Numbered from the stretch's first letter, positions 21,198 to 30,597 are shown. The stretch is DNA of 46,329 nt from Pseudomonadota bacterium (GCA_030271565.1 JARXKR010000001.1:1-46329); one strand, 5' to 3'. Translations and numbers: made by a program. The notes: generated by a model from the letters alone, not told the origin.

Positions 21198-22462
21198 GTC
21201 GCCTTTTCTGAACCCCAGTCGATCGGCTCGACCTTGGGCAGGATGCCGATCCAGCCGATCAGGCCCAGAATATTCACCAGCCCGGCGAGCAGAAACGCCG
21301 TGCCATAAGACCCGCCGCTGGCGTCGATCAGTACGCCGGCAAACAGCACGCCGATGATGCCCGGCATGTTGCCCATCATATTCTGCACTCCGACCCAGCG
21401 CGCGGCGGCGCTCGGTCCCGCCATGATCTGAGGGATCATGAAATAGGCGGGCGACGAGAACCCGAGAAATATCTCGTAGACAAACAACAGCACTATGCAG
21501 GCCCCGATCGGGATGAACGGCATCGCGAGCATGCAGCCCAACCCCGCGACATGCGCCGCCGCCAGCGGCAGCTTGAGCGTGAGCGACGGGGACCAGCCGC
21601 GCTGGATGGCCTTGTCAAAGGCCCAGCCTGCAAACAGCGCGGCGCATGCGTTGACCAGATAGGCGCTCGAGACCACCGTCGCCATCTGCGTCTTCGAAAA
21701 GCCGCGCTGCATTTCGAGGTACATCGGCAGGTAGCCGAGGATGAAATACCAGTTCCAGTTTCCCGCGAAGTGCCCCAGTGCTGCCCCCCACAAGGCACGG
21801 CGGCTGAGGATCTGGCGCATGGTCACCGGCTTTACATCCCGATTTTCAGCCGGTTTGGCCTCGATGATCCGCACCCGGCTCCACGGGATGAGCCAGAACA
21901 GCGAGACAGCACCGAACGCGAAAAACGTCGCGCGCCAGCCCCATCGGGCCATCATGAAGCCGCCGAGCAAGGTGCCCACCGCCGGGCCCACCAGATAGCC
22001 GAACCCGATCACGCCGTTCGCCAGCCCCATCTGCGAGCGCGGGACATTGCTGGCGATGATTTTCGAAGTGGTTGTGAAGGCCACGCTCTCGCCTATCCCG
22101 AGCATCATGCGCAGAATGAACAGTCCCAGGAAACCCTGCACGAAACCCGTCATCAGCGTGGAAATCGACCACAGCAGTGCGCCGATGCCGAGCACGAGCT
22201 TGCCACCGATCCGATCGGAAAGGGCCCCGGAAGGAAGCTGGCAGAAGGCATAGGTAAAGTAGAACCCGGCCGCGAGCGCGCCATAGGCGGTGGCCGAGAG
22301 GTGGAGATCGGCGCGGATCTGGGTGGCACCTGTCGCCAGATTGCCGCGATCGATGTAGTTGATGAACAGGCTTGTTGCCATCAGGCCGACAAGGACAAGC
22401 GGGGCGGTTGTGCGGAGGCTCCGCGCCTCAGTCGGCCCCTCAGTCGGCCCCTCAGTCGGCAT
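21194..22462 (-). CDS. MFS transporter, anion:cation symporter-like
   Basis: [19 protein letters not shown] and RMMLGIGES motifs; about 12 TM segments. The start is uncertain because of the tandem repeat. Confidence 0.88.
   Translation of the reverse strand: MPTEGPTEGPTEARSLRTTAPLVLVGLMATSLFINYIDRGNLATGATQIRADLHLSATAYGALAAGFYFTYAFCQLPSGALSDRIGGKLVLGIGALLWSISTLMTGFVQGFLGLFILRMMLGIGESVAFTTTSKIIASNVPRSQMGLANGVIGFGYLVGPAVGTLLGGFMMARWGWRATFFAFGAVSLFWLIPWSRVRIIEAKPAENRDVKPVTMRQILSRRALWGAALGHFAGNWNWYFILGYLPMYLEMQRGFSKTQMATVVSSAYLVNACAALFAGWAFDKAIQRGWSPSLTLKLPLAAAHVAGLGCMLAMPFIPIGACIVLLFVYEIFLGFSSPAYFMIPQIMAGPSAAARWVGVQNMMGNMPGIIGVLFAGVLIDASGGSYGTAFLLAGLVNILGLIGWIGILPKVEPIDWGSEKAT
22426..22460. repeat. 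12-bp tandem repeat (CCTCAGTCGGCC), about 2.9 copies
   Basis: Copies at 22426-22437, 22438-22449 and 22450-22460; encodes [11 protein letters not shown] in the MFS frame. Confidence 0.95.
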
Positions 22463-23243
22463 AGTCGGGTTCCCGCCTGTCCAGCATGCGCTTCAGCGCG
22501 GCAAAATGGAGTTCGATCCGGTCGAGCCCCTCGACTTTCGCGGATGTCGTATATTGCTCCACCGTGCGCTGCAGCACCGGCTCGGGTACGCAGCCTACAG
22601 CCAATCCGCTCGATTGCGCGAGGATCTGGGTCATCGCCGCGCGTTCGAAGAAATAGAGCGTGTTGAACGCGTCGGCGACGCTCGTGCCGGTGGTCACCAC
22701 GCCGTGGTTGCGCAGCAGCAGCACGGTCTTGCTGCCAAGCGCCCGGGCCATGCGCGCGCCCTCGCTGCTGTCGAGCGCGAAGCCCGCGTAGTCGCAGAGC
22801 GCGACCAGTCCGTCGAAGCCGATGGCGTTCTGACTGGCCATCAGCAGCGTGGGGTCTTCCAGCATGCTGAGCGCGGTGGCATAGGGCATATGGGTGTGGA
22901 GCACGCACTGCACGTCAGGCCGTGCGGCGTGGAGCGGCGCATGGATGTGAAACGCGGTGTCCTCGACCGGCCCCTTGCCGGCGAGGACATTGCCGGCAAA
23001 ATCGGCCACCAGAAAATCGCTCGCACGAACTTCGGACCAATGCAGCCCGAACGGCGCCAGCAGGAACCGGTCTGCGTGCCCCGGCAGCAGCAGCGTGAAG
23101 TGGTTGTCGATGCCCTCGTGATAGCCGTAATGCACGGCAAGCCGGTGGGCCGCAGCCAGATCGACCCGTGCCTGGCGCTCGGCTGCGACGCAGTCTGCCA
23201 AGTTGATTCTGTTTTCGACGATCCCCATCCCTCCGACTGCCAT
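22452..23243 (-). CDS. Class II aldolase/adducin family protein
   Basis: EGIDNHFT, FHIHAPLH, CVLHTH and LLRNHGV zinc-binding motifs. Confidence 0.9.
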   Translation of the reverse strand: MAVGGMGIVENRINLADCVAAERQARVDLAAAHRLAVHYGYHEGIDNHFTLLLPGHADRFLLAPFGLHWSEVRASDFLVADFAGNVLAGKGPVEDTAFHIHAPLHAARPDVQCVLHTHMPYATALSMLEDPTLLMASQNAIGFDGLVALCDYAGFALDSSEGARMARALGSKTVLLLRNHGVVTTGTSVADAFNTLYFFERAAMTQILAQSSGLAVGCVPEPVLQRTVEQYTTSAKVEGLDRIELHFAALKRMLDRREPDYAD

Positions 23244-23249
23244 ATTGTT

Positions 23250-24170
23250 TCAGACTCGGTTACCTGGCAAGTGCAAATCCCCGGCGCTGTTGCGCAGCGC
23301 CGCGATATGTTCGGGGCCGATCCCGCAGCAGCCGCCCAGGATCGAGGCGCCCGCTGCGTGCCACTTCGCGGCAAAGCGGCTATATCCTTCGGGCGTCAAA
23401 TCCTCGCGGATCGGGCAGAAAGCTGAATTGGCTTCGGCATCGGTGGCCATCGGTGGGAAGGCATTGGCATAGACGCCTATCCGGATCGCGCTCTCCGCCC
23501 CCAGATGTGCGCTTGCCGCGCGGACGGCGGCTTCCATCACTTCGGGCTGGCTGCAATTGAACAGCAAAGCTGCCGCGCCCACATCTGCTGCGAGGCGGGC
23601 GGCCTCGGTCACGCTTTCTCCCGAGCGCAGGACGGGTTCTTCCGTGGCGGCCTCATCTTCCAGCGTGAAGGAAAGCCAAAGCGGCTTGGCCGTCGGGGCG
23701 GTGAGCGCGGCGGCGAGGCGGGCCTCGACCAGCGACGACAACGTTTCGGCAAGCCAGTGGTCGACGTTCGGAGCCAGCGCATCGATCAAGACCTCAAGCA
23801 CTGGGCGCGCGCGATCGAGGTCGACAAGGTCCGGGCGGTAGGAGCCGCAGACCGGTGGGAGCGAGCCGGCGACTTGCACCGCACGCGGCGATCGATCCGC
23901 CACCTCGCGGGCCAGCCGCCCCGCGAGCGTGGCGAGCGCGGCGCCGTCGGCGGCAAAGCGATCCGCGCCGATATGGAACGGCACGAGGGCATAGGAATTG
24001 GTTGTGATAACGTCCGCCCCGGCCTCGACATAGGAGCGGTGGACCGCGCTGACGAACTGCGGTCCTTCGATCAGCGCCAGCGCCGACCATTCGGGCTGGC
24101 GGAAGGGCGCACCGCTGCGGGCAAGCTCGCGGCCGGTGCCGCCATCTAGAATAACAAGGCTGGCAGTCAT
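23250..24170 (-). CDS. Homocysteine S-methyltransferase family protein
   Basis: ILDGGTGREL, GADVITTNSY, LFNCS and ILGGCCGIGPEHI zinc-Cys motifs. Confidence 0.9.
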   Translation of the reverse strand: MTASLVILDGGTGRELARSGAPFRQPEWSALALIEGPQFVSAVHRSYVEAGADVITTNSYALVPFHIGADRFAADGAALATLAGRLAREVADRSPRAVQVAGSLPPVCGSYRPDLVDLDRARPVLEVLIDALAPNVDHWLAETLSSLVEARLAAALTAPTAKPLWLSFTLEDEAATEEPVLRSGESVTEAARLAADVGAAALLFNCSQPEVMEAAVRAASAHLGAESAIRIGVYANAFPPMATDAEANSAFCPIREDLTPEGYSRFAAKWHAAGASILGGCCGIGPEHIAALRNSAGDLHLPGNRV

Positions 24171-24206
24171 AGACAGGATCGGGCTCTCTTCGCGGTCATC
24201 GCGGAA

Positions 24207-24254
24207 ACGTTAGCACACTGCTGACATTGTCAAAGCAAATGCACCGCCATTTGC
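24207..24254 (-). promoter_or_regulatory. Candidate sigma70 promoter with operator-like palindromes upstream of the methyltransferase-aldolase-MFS operon
   Basis: Minus strand reads TTGACA-N15-TAACGT with an extended TG (spacing is short). It overlaps the palindrome TGACATTGTCA (24222-24232) and lies next to GCAAATG-N6-CATTTGC (24235-24254). Confidence 0.4.
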
Positions 24255-24434
24255 CAAATCGGTTAGTCAGCTCTGCGGCAGTATCTCGATCTGATTTCTG
24301 ACCTGCTTTGCAGACAAAAAGGGTTTCCCCCGGCATGACTTAGCGGATCGATGTCCACACGACTCTATCCAGCAGAGTTCCTGCCTGACAACAAGAGAGT
24401 GAATGAACTAACGGTTCGGTCGCCAGTTTGGCCA

Positions 24435-24557
24435 ATGTCAGCTTTCGGGTCGAGTCCGGACAGGCAGAATTCGGACTAGGAACCTCGATAGCTGACATGG
24501 ACGTACGTTGTCTGGATCGTCAGCTTTCCCAGATTTCGATCCATGAGCTGCCGTTCC
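24435..24557. repeat. Two adjacent imperfect palindromes with GTCAGCT/AGCTG(A/C)C arms
   Basis: ATGTCAGCT (24435-24443) pairs with AGCTGACAT (24490-24498) around an inner AGTCCGGA/TTCGGACT stem. GGATCGTCAGCT (24514-24525) pairs with AGCTGCCGTTCC (24546-24557) at 10/12. Confidence 0.8.
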
Positions 24558-24569
24558 GGATCGTCCAAC

Positions 24570-25313
24570 TTAGGGGTCAACCCGAACCGAACAATTCGCC
24601 GGACGTCCAGTCTTCTGGGCAAGACTCCTGCAGCGGCCAATCGTCTGTCGGTTTGTTTCGGACAATCTTGCAGCTTCCAAAATCGCTTGCCAAGCTTTCG
24701 GATTTTCTGATCGGATCAAGCGAATTCCAGTATCCATGATTGAAGGCTCGCCCAGAGCACGACGAGCGATCCGCTCAGGAACTTGCCAGGTCGCCGGGAG
24801 CGAACGGGCGATAGGCCCAGGGAGTACAGACCAAAGCAACATTCCGGCAAGCATGCCGCCACCTGCTGCTTGGACCAGACGAACGCGCTGCTTGGCAACT
24901 GTGCGGGCATGGGTGGTGACAGAGCGCATTTCCCTTGCTGCATGGCCGAGGTCGGTTTGCGCCTGACTAATTCGGTCGTGGTCGGCGCGTCGCGCTGATT
25001 CCGCTACTGTTTCGATCCGATGCCCAAGGCTGTCTGGGGTCATTTGCATAGCGGGATGATCGGCGATCGTGGTGATGCTGTGTGCGACGGCTTCAAGCCG
25101 CTTGGTCATCTCTGCCAATGTCGCGCTATAGTCCGGGATGACGATATCCGCGCGCTCGGCTGCAGGGTGCTGAACGGCCCGCCTCATCAGGGCCAGTTCG
25201 CCTTCAAGGCGCGCGAACGCCTCGGCGGCGGGATCGCTCTCGGCCTCTGGGGCGGGAGCGTACGGCTCGGCCTCGATCTCCAGTTCCACTTCTTCGGGAT
25301 CGACATTTTGCAT
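24570..25313 (-). CDS. DUF6118-like protein, as found downstream of Ti-type traA in sphingomonad elements
   Basis: DPAAEAFARLEGELALMRRAV, PDYSATL, one TM segment, PATWQVPERIA and C-terminal Cys pair; lies directly after traA. Confidence 0.75.
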   Translation of the reverse strand: MQNVDPEEVELEIEAEPYAPAPEAESDPAAEAFARLEGELALMRRAVQHPAAERADIVIPDYSATLAEMTKRLEAVAHSITTIADHPAMQMTPDSLGHRIETVAESARRADHDRISQAQTDLGHAAREMRSVTTHARTVAKQRVRLVQAAGGGMLAGMLLWSVLPGPIARSLPATWQVPERIARRALGEPSIMDTGIRLIRSENPKAWQAILEAARLSETNRQTIGRCRSLAQKTGRPANCSVRVDP

Positions 25314-25323
25314 TTCTCTTCTC

Positions 25324-27109
25324 CTACAGGCTCATTCCAAAGGACCGGCGCCGTTCCATCTTCATGGAAGCGGCAAGGTCGCGGGCCAGATCGCGACCAA
25401 GTTCTGATTTGATGCCAAGTTCGCGGGGCCGACCGCGCAACAGGGATTCGACCTGCGCGTCGCGCTCCAAGCCCTTCGCCATCTCGGCCATGCGGTGGGA
25501 GACCTCCCGCGCACCCTTCGTGTCGCCGTCTCGCTGCATCGTCAGGCGAACCTGACCGAGCCGCTGCCAGTCATTGACAAAACGGTCTGCGCGCTGCGCG
25601 GGATCGGCGCGGATTTCCGCCTCAAGCTGCATGGCGCGGATCGCACCTTGGCTGCGGCCATCGGCGGCCTCGCGGACAAGTCCAGGCTGGCGCTGCAAAG
25701 CACCGGAAAGATCGGCGGTGGCATGGGGCCGGATAAGTGTCGAGTGCCTGCCCAGCCTTCTCCAGCGCCACGCGCTGGTGCGGCAGGACCGGCAAGCCGT
25801 TGTCCTGCATCTGCCCGACATCATTGAGGGCGCGGGCGTAGCGTTCGACGGCACGGCGCTGGCCGGAATGCCCAGATTGCTCGGAAGGCAGGGTTTCGAA
25901 CTTGTGCGCTTGGGGACGGAAGCCCGCAAAGATCGATTTCGCCCGCTCCGGCAACTGCCGGGCGATCTCGACAATCCGTTCGCGGAAGGTGATCCCGCGC
26001 CGCTCGGCAAATTGCTGCTCAGGCTTGTAGTCGCTGGCCATGTCCTTGCCGCGCTCGCGGCTCAATGTGCGGACAAGCTTCGACTGATCGGCGAAGTCGT
26101 CGTGGCCATAGTGCAAGGCCACGCCGTCACGATGGCGCGACAGCGCGACATAGGCACCGTGGCTGTCCATGCCCGGCGTGGCCAGCACATGCGCCCGGTC
26201 CACCGTCATGCCCTGCGCCTTGTGGATCGTGGCGGCGTAGCCATGATCCAGATGGGCATAGTCCTTGGTATCGAAGGCGACGCTGCGGCCATCGTCGGTG
26301 CGCACCGCCATGCTCTGCGCTCTGACACGCTCGACGGTGCCCAGCGTGCCGTTCTTGACGCCCAGTCCGCGCTCGTTGCGCAGGAACATGATGCGGTCGC
26401 CCGAAGCAAACTCCCGTTCACCGCGCTCGGCTTTCACCGAGACATCGCTGCCCAGCTCGCCAGCATCACGCATCCGCCCACGCGCGGCTTCGTTGAGTTC
26501 GCGCACTTCATCATTGGTGTGCGTGAGGATGATCCGCGTATCGCCGGGGCTGGACTGCCGCGCGCGATCCCAGCGCTCGATCAGTTCGCCGCGCGCAGCC
26601 TCCCGCGTCTCGGCAGAATGCACCATGCCGCGTTCGCTATAGGCCTGAATGGCAAGACCGGTGCGCCCGGTAGCGAGGTGCCGGGTGGCGTCCTGTTGCC
26701 AGCCTTCATGCTGACGCCGCACTTCGCTGATTTCGACGCCGCCATGCCGTTCATGGATTGCACGGAAGGCTGCTCCGGCTTCGATGGCCTGCAACTGCTG
26801 AGGGTCTCCGACCAGCACGACTTTCGCGCCTGCATCGGCGGCATGGGAGAGGACGCGCTCCATCTGGCGCGTGCCGACCATGCCCGCTTCGTCGATCACG
26901 AGCACGTCGCGCGAAGTCAGTTGTTCGCGGCCCTGGCCCCACTGATGCTCAAGGCTGGCGATGGTGCGCGAGGCAATGCCCGAACCGTGCTCCAGCCCTT
27001 CGGCGGCGATACCGGAAAGCGCCGCACCGCGAACGATATGGCCCGCTCTCTCCCATGCCTCACGCGCAACGCCCAACATCGCACTCTTGCCGGTCCCGGC
27101 ATAGCCGAC
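25324..27109 (-). pseudogene. traA: Ti-type conjugative relaxase-helicase TraA; relaxase half deleted, frameshift near 25737
   Basis: Walker A VGYAGTGKS, VLVIDEAGMV, VLVGDPQQL and HGYAATIHKAQG RecD-like motifs. Nothing TraA-like precedes Walker A. The C-terminus (IRPHATADL...SFGMSL*) is in another frame, with one extra base at about 25736-25739. Confidence 0.88.
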
Positions 27110-27367
27110 AAGGCCAAGCAACTGAAGGAGCGCCGCGTTCTTCAACTTGGCGAGCTGGTCATCGCCACCGGGGCCGATGCCAGCGATGCCGAAACGCTCG
27201 CAGGCGCGCTGCTCGAACTCGCTGGAAGCGGCGACGCCGCGCGAAAGGAGAGCTGGCGCAAGCGCGGCGCTGCCTTCTTTCAAAGCAAGGCGCGAAAACG
27301 TGGCGAAGGAACTGTACGCCACGCGGACGGCACTCTCCCGCTCGATGGCGGTGCGGCATCGGCTTGA
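27104..27367 (+). pseudogene. traD: Conjugal transfer protein TraD-family gene, 5'-truncated
   Basis: ADKAKQLKERRVLQLGELVIATGAD...LAGALL...WRKRGAAFFQ; has no start codon of its own and abuts the traA remnant. Confidence 0.8.
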
Positions 27368-27389
27368 GGCACGAAAGGCACGCACCGAC

Positions 27390-27443
27390 ATGCGCGAATG
27401 GCAGGTCAAACGGCGGGAACGCACGCGGCAGCTGATCGAGCTA
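27390..27443 (+). pseudogene. traD: Second TraD-family gene, only the first ~18 codons remain
   Basis: MREWQVKRRERTRQLIEL breaks where GGLV would be expected, followed by an abrupt AT-rich segment and galM. Confidence 0.7.
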
Positions 27444-27497
27444 GACCGCGATATATAATCATATAAATACGACTTAACCAACCATGAAGTGGGCCAG

Positions 27498-28568
27498 ATG
27501 GACAGCGGGCAGGACGGCACTTTCGGATATCTGCCCTCGGGCGACAAGGTCGCGGCGGTCACCTTGACCAACGGTAACGGCATGGCGGTTACCATCATCG
27601 GCTTCGGTGCGGCGATACAATCGGTAACTTTGCCTGGCGGGCAGGGCGGCCGCGACGAAATGACCCTGGGATACGCTAAGCTCGAGGGCTATTTGGGCAA
27701 CGCCCAATATGCCGGCGCGACCGTCGGACGGGTGGCAAACCGGATCGCTGGCGGAAAATTCATGCTCGGCGGGAAAGAGTTCCGGATCGACCGCAACGAT
27801 GGTGACAATGCCCTCCACGGGGGGCGGCATGGGTTTGACAGCACCAACTGGCGGATCGAGCGGGCCAGCCCGGATAGCGTGACGTTGGCCCACATTAGCT
27901 TGGACGGAGACCAGGGCTTTCCGGGCAAGCTGGACATCGCCGCGACCTATGCGCTGGACGACAACAACCGCCTTAGCGTCGAGTACCTGGCGACCACCGA
28001 TGCCCCGACATTCGTCAATATTTCCAACCACGCCTACTGGAACTTGGGCGGCGATGCCGCCGACGGGAGTGCCATGGACCACTTGTTGACGATCCCTGCC
28101 GACCGATATCTGCCGATCGATGAGCGCCTGATCCCGACCGGGGAGGTGCGTGCGGTCGAGGCATCGCCTTTCGATTTTCGTAAATCTACCCCGATCGGCC
28201 AACGCGTGCGCGATGGCTCCGATCAGCAGCTCTTTCTGGCGCGCGGGTACGATCACAATTGGGTGTTCTCCGAACCGCAATCGGCGACCCGACCAATTGC
28301 CTCGCTGATCGATCCGGTTTCGCGCCGCATGCTGACACTCGACAGCAACCAGCCCGGCCTGCAATTCTATTCGGGTAATTTTTTCGATGGCTCCACCCGG
28401 CGGCGCGACGGCCGCCTGGTGCACATGGGTGATTTCATCGCGCTTGAGCCGCAAGCCTTTCCCGATACGCCGAACCAGCCATCGTTCGGTTCGATCCGGC
28501 TCGATCCGGGCGACACCTACCGGAATGTCATCGGCTGGACGTTCACGACTTTGGAGGATGCGGAATGA
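27498..28568 (+). CDS. galM: Aldose 1-epimerase (galactose mutarotase)
   Basis: GATVGRVANRI, NALHGG, NHAYWNL, GYDHNW, QPGLQFYSGN and ALEPQ.FPD motifs. Start is ATG 27498 or GTG 27489. Confidence 0.93.
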   Translation: MDSGQDGTFGYLPSGDKVAAVTLTNGNGMAVTIIGFGAAIQSVTLPGGQGGRDEMTLGYAKLEGYLGNAQYAGATVGRVANRIAGGKFMLGGKEFRIDRNDGDNALHGGRHGFDSTNWRIERASPDSVTLAHISLDGDQGFPGKLDIAATYALDDNNRLSVEYLATTDAPTFVNISNHAYWNLGGDAADGSAMDHLLTIPADRYLPIDERLIPTGEVRAVEASPFDFRKSTPIGQRVRDGSDQQLFLARGYDHNWVFSEPQSATRPIASLIDPVSRRMLTLDSNQPGLQFYSGNFFDGSTRRRDGRLVHMGDFIALEPQAFPDTPNQPSFGSIRLDPGDTYRNVIGWTFTTLEDAE

Positions 28569-29572
28569 TCAAGTGGATTGCGAGGGTTTGGCTCGTTGGC
28601 CTACTGGCAGCCTGCGCGGGTCCACAGGCGCACGCTCGCTCCGCCGGCGCCGAGGTGGCGGCGATCGACGCGGATTTTCCTGATCCCGCAGTGACCCGGG
28701 CGAGTGACGGCTATTACTATGCCTACGCCACGCAGTCGGTGCGCCAGACCGGGACCATCAATATCCAGGTGGCGCGATCCCGCAACCTTGTCGCGTGGCA
28801 GCAGCTCGGCAATGCACTTCCGGCCAAGCCGCGCTGGGCCAGCCGCACGCAAGAGTTTTGGGCTCCGCACGTTACCGCCCACGACGGAAGGTACTTCCTG
28901 TATTATTCCGCCAAGCCGGACGCGGCGCTGGACGATCCAAAGCGCGGCCTGTGTCTGGCCGTGGCGACCGCGATGCGGCCCGAGGGTCCGTTTGCCGATA
29001 TGGGTCACCCGCTGGTGTGCGGCGAAGGCTTCGTCAACATCGATCCAATGGCTTTCGACGATCCCGCCACGGGACGCAGGCTGCTGTATTGGGGATCAGG
29101 GTTCGGGCCAATCAAAGTTCAGGAACTGGCCGCCGACCGGCTCTCGTTTGCGCCGGGCAGTGCGCCGGTCGATCTGGTCGAGGTGGTCAAAACCGATGAC
29201 CCGGCAAACTATCGCCGACTGGTCGAAGGGGCCTGGGTCATGCGCCGCGCCGGCTGGTACTACCTGTTTTTCTCGGGCGACAATTGCTGCGGGCCGCAGG
29301 CGCACTACGCGGTGATGGTTGCGCGGTCTCGCAGTGCGATCGGGCCTTTCGTGGTCAAACCCGGGCACGGCGGAGTGATCCTCGAGGCGGATAGCCACTG
29401 GATAGCTCCGGGACACAATTCGACGATCAGACACCGCGGTATTGATCGCATCGTGTATCACGCGGTCGATGTGAACCGGTCGCGGACTCAGGAGAGCGAT
29501 GATGTCAATGCGCGCCGCGTTATGCTGATCCGCAACCTGGTGTGGCGCGGCGGTTGGCCTGAACTACCATGA
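28565..29572 (+). CDS. Glycoside hydrolase family 43 protein, exported (possible lipoprotein)
   Basis: FPDP (base), WAP, NIDP, VEGAW (acid) and APGHN motifs; N-terminal LLAAC lipobox-like signal. Confidence 0.9.
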   Translation: MIKWIARVWLVGLLAACAGPQAHARSAGAEVAAIDADFPDPAVTRASDGYYYAYATQSVRQTGTINIQVARSRNLVAWQQLGNALPAKPRWASRTQEFWAPHVTAHDGRYFLYYSAKPDAALDDPKRGLCLAVATAMRPEGPFADMGHPLVCGEGFVNIDPMAFDDPATGRRLLYWGSGFGPIKVQELAADRLSFAPGSAPVDLVEVVKTDDPANYRRLVEGAWVMRRAGWYYLFFSGDNCCGPQAHYAVMVARSRSAIGPFVVKPGHGGVILEADSHWIAPGHNSTIRHRGIDRIVYHAVDVNRSRTQESDDVNARRVMLIRNLVWRGGWPELP

Positions 29573-30597
29573 GGGACCGCTCTACGCTGGCTGACTTTCC
29601 CCACCGCCGCCGCAATCTGCTGACCGGCGAATGGTTATTGGTCTCGCCGCATCGCGCCAAGCGGCCATGGCAGGGTGAGGCTGCACCGCCTGGCGTGCCG
29701 CCCCCGCCGGCACACGACCCTGCCTGTTACCTCTGTCCCGGCAACACCCGTGCCAGCGGCGCGGTCAACCCCGCCTATGCCGGTACTTACGTCTTCGCCA
29801 ATGACTTTGCTGCCTTGCTCGATGAGGGCGGCACCACCCAAGAGCCCCAAGGCCTGTTCGAAACGATGCCCGCCATCGGTGAAGCTCGGGTGATCTGCTT
29901 TGCCCCCGATCACGGCGCAACGCTCGCCCGGCTTGGCCCCGATGCGCTCGCCCGCGTGGTCGAAACGTGGTGCGACCTCTCCGCCGAGCTCGGCGCGCGC
30001 TGGGCGCATGTGCAGCTGTTCGAGAATAAAGGCGCGATGATGGGCGCTTCTTCGCCGCACCCGCACGGGCAGGTCTGGGCGAGCGACTTCATCCCCGAAC
30101 TGGTCGCCCGCGAAGAACGGCACCAGCGCGACTGGATTGAGGAAAAAGGCACCGTCCTGCTCGGCGATGTCGCAGCTGCCGAGCTGGCCGCAGGGGAGCG
30201 CATGATCGAAGCCAACGCGCACTGGCTGGCAGTGGTCCCGCACTGGGCGGCGTGGCCGTTCGAGACCCTGCTGATCGCGCGCGCTGACGTGAGCCGGCTG
30301 GAGGAGCTCACACCCGCTGCACGCGCGGCGCTGGCGCAAATCCTGTCGCGCTTGCTCCAGCGTTACGACGGATTGTTCGGTTGCGACTTTCCCTACTCCA
30401 TGGGGTGGCACGGAGCGCCCCATTCTCTTGGACCAGACACAGCACATTGGCGGCTCCACGCGCACTTCTATCCGCCGCTGCTGCGTTCGGCGACAATCAG
30501 GAAGCACATGGTCGGGTTCGAGCTTCTTGCCGAAACGCAGCGCGATATTACGCCAGAAAGCGCTGCGGAACGGCTGCGCGCGGTGGCAGCAGAATGA
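29569..30597 (+). CDS. galT: Galactose-1-phosphate uridylyltransferase
   Basis: HRR.N.LTGEW.LVSPHRAKRPWQG, CYLCPGN and HPHGQ catalytic motif. Confidence 0.97.
   Translation: MRDRSTLADFPHRRRNLLTGEWLLVSPHRAKRPWQGEAAPPGVPPPPAHDPACYLCPGNTRASGAVNPAYAGTYVFANDFAALLDEGGTTQEPQGLFETMPAIGEARVICFAPDHGATLARLGPDALARVVETWCDLSAELGARWAHVQLFENKGAMMGASSPHPHGQVWASDFIPELVAREERHQRDWIEEKGTVLLGDVAAAELAAGERMIEANAHWLAVVPHWAAWPFETLLIARADVSRLEELTPAARAALAQILSRLLQRYDGLFGCDFPYSMGWHGAPHSLGPDTAHWRLHAHFYPPLLRSATIRKHMVGFELLAETQRDITPESAAERLRAVAAE

Noticed and set aside
24280-24325. Possible SAM-II riboswitch near the homocysteine methyltransferase (CTGATTT...TTGCAG...AAAAAGGG)
   Set aside because: It is on the opposite strand to the gene and lacks the P1 pairing and GCTAAA pseudoknot segment.
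25574-27367. 597-aa plus-strand ORF
   Set aside because: It is the antisense shadow of traA joined in frame to the truncated traD by the deletion; only the last ~87 codons look like real protein.
25622-27598. 658-aa minus-strand ORF as an intact novel helicase
   Set aside because: The first ~160 codons are antisense to galM and traD and the end is out of frame; it is the traA remnant with a chance open extension.
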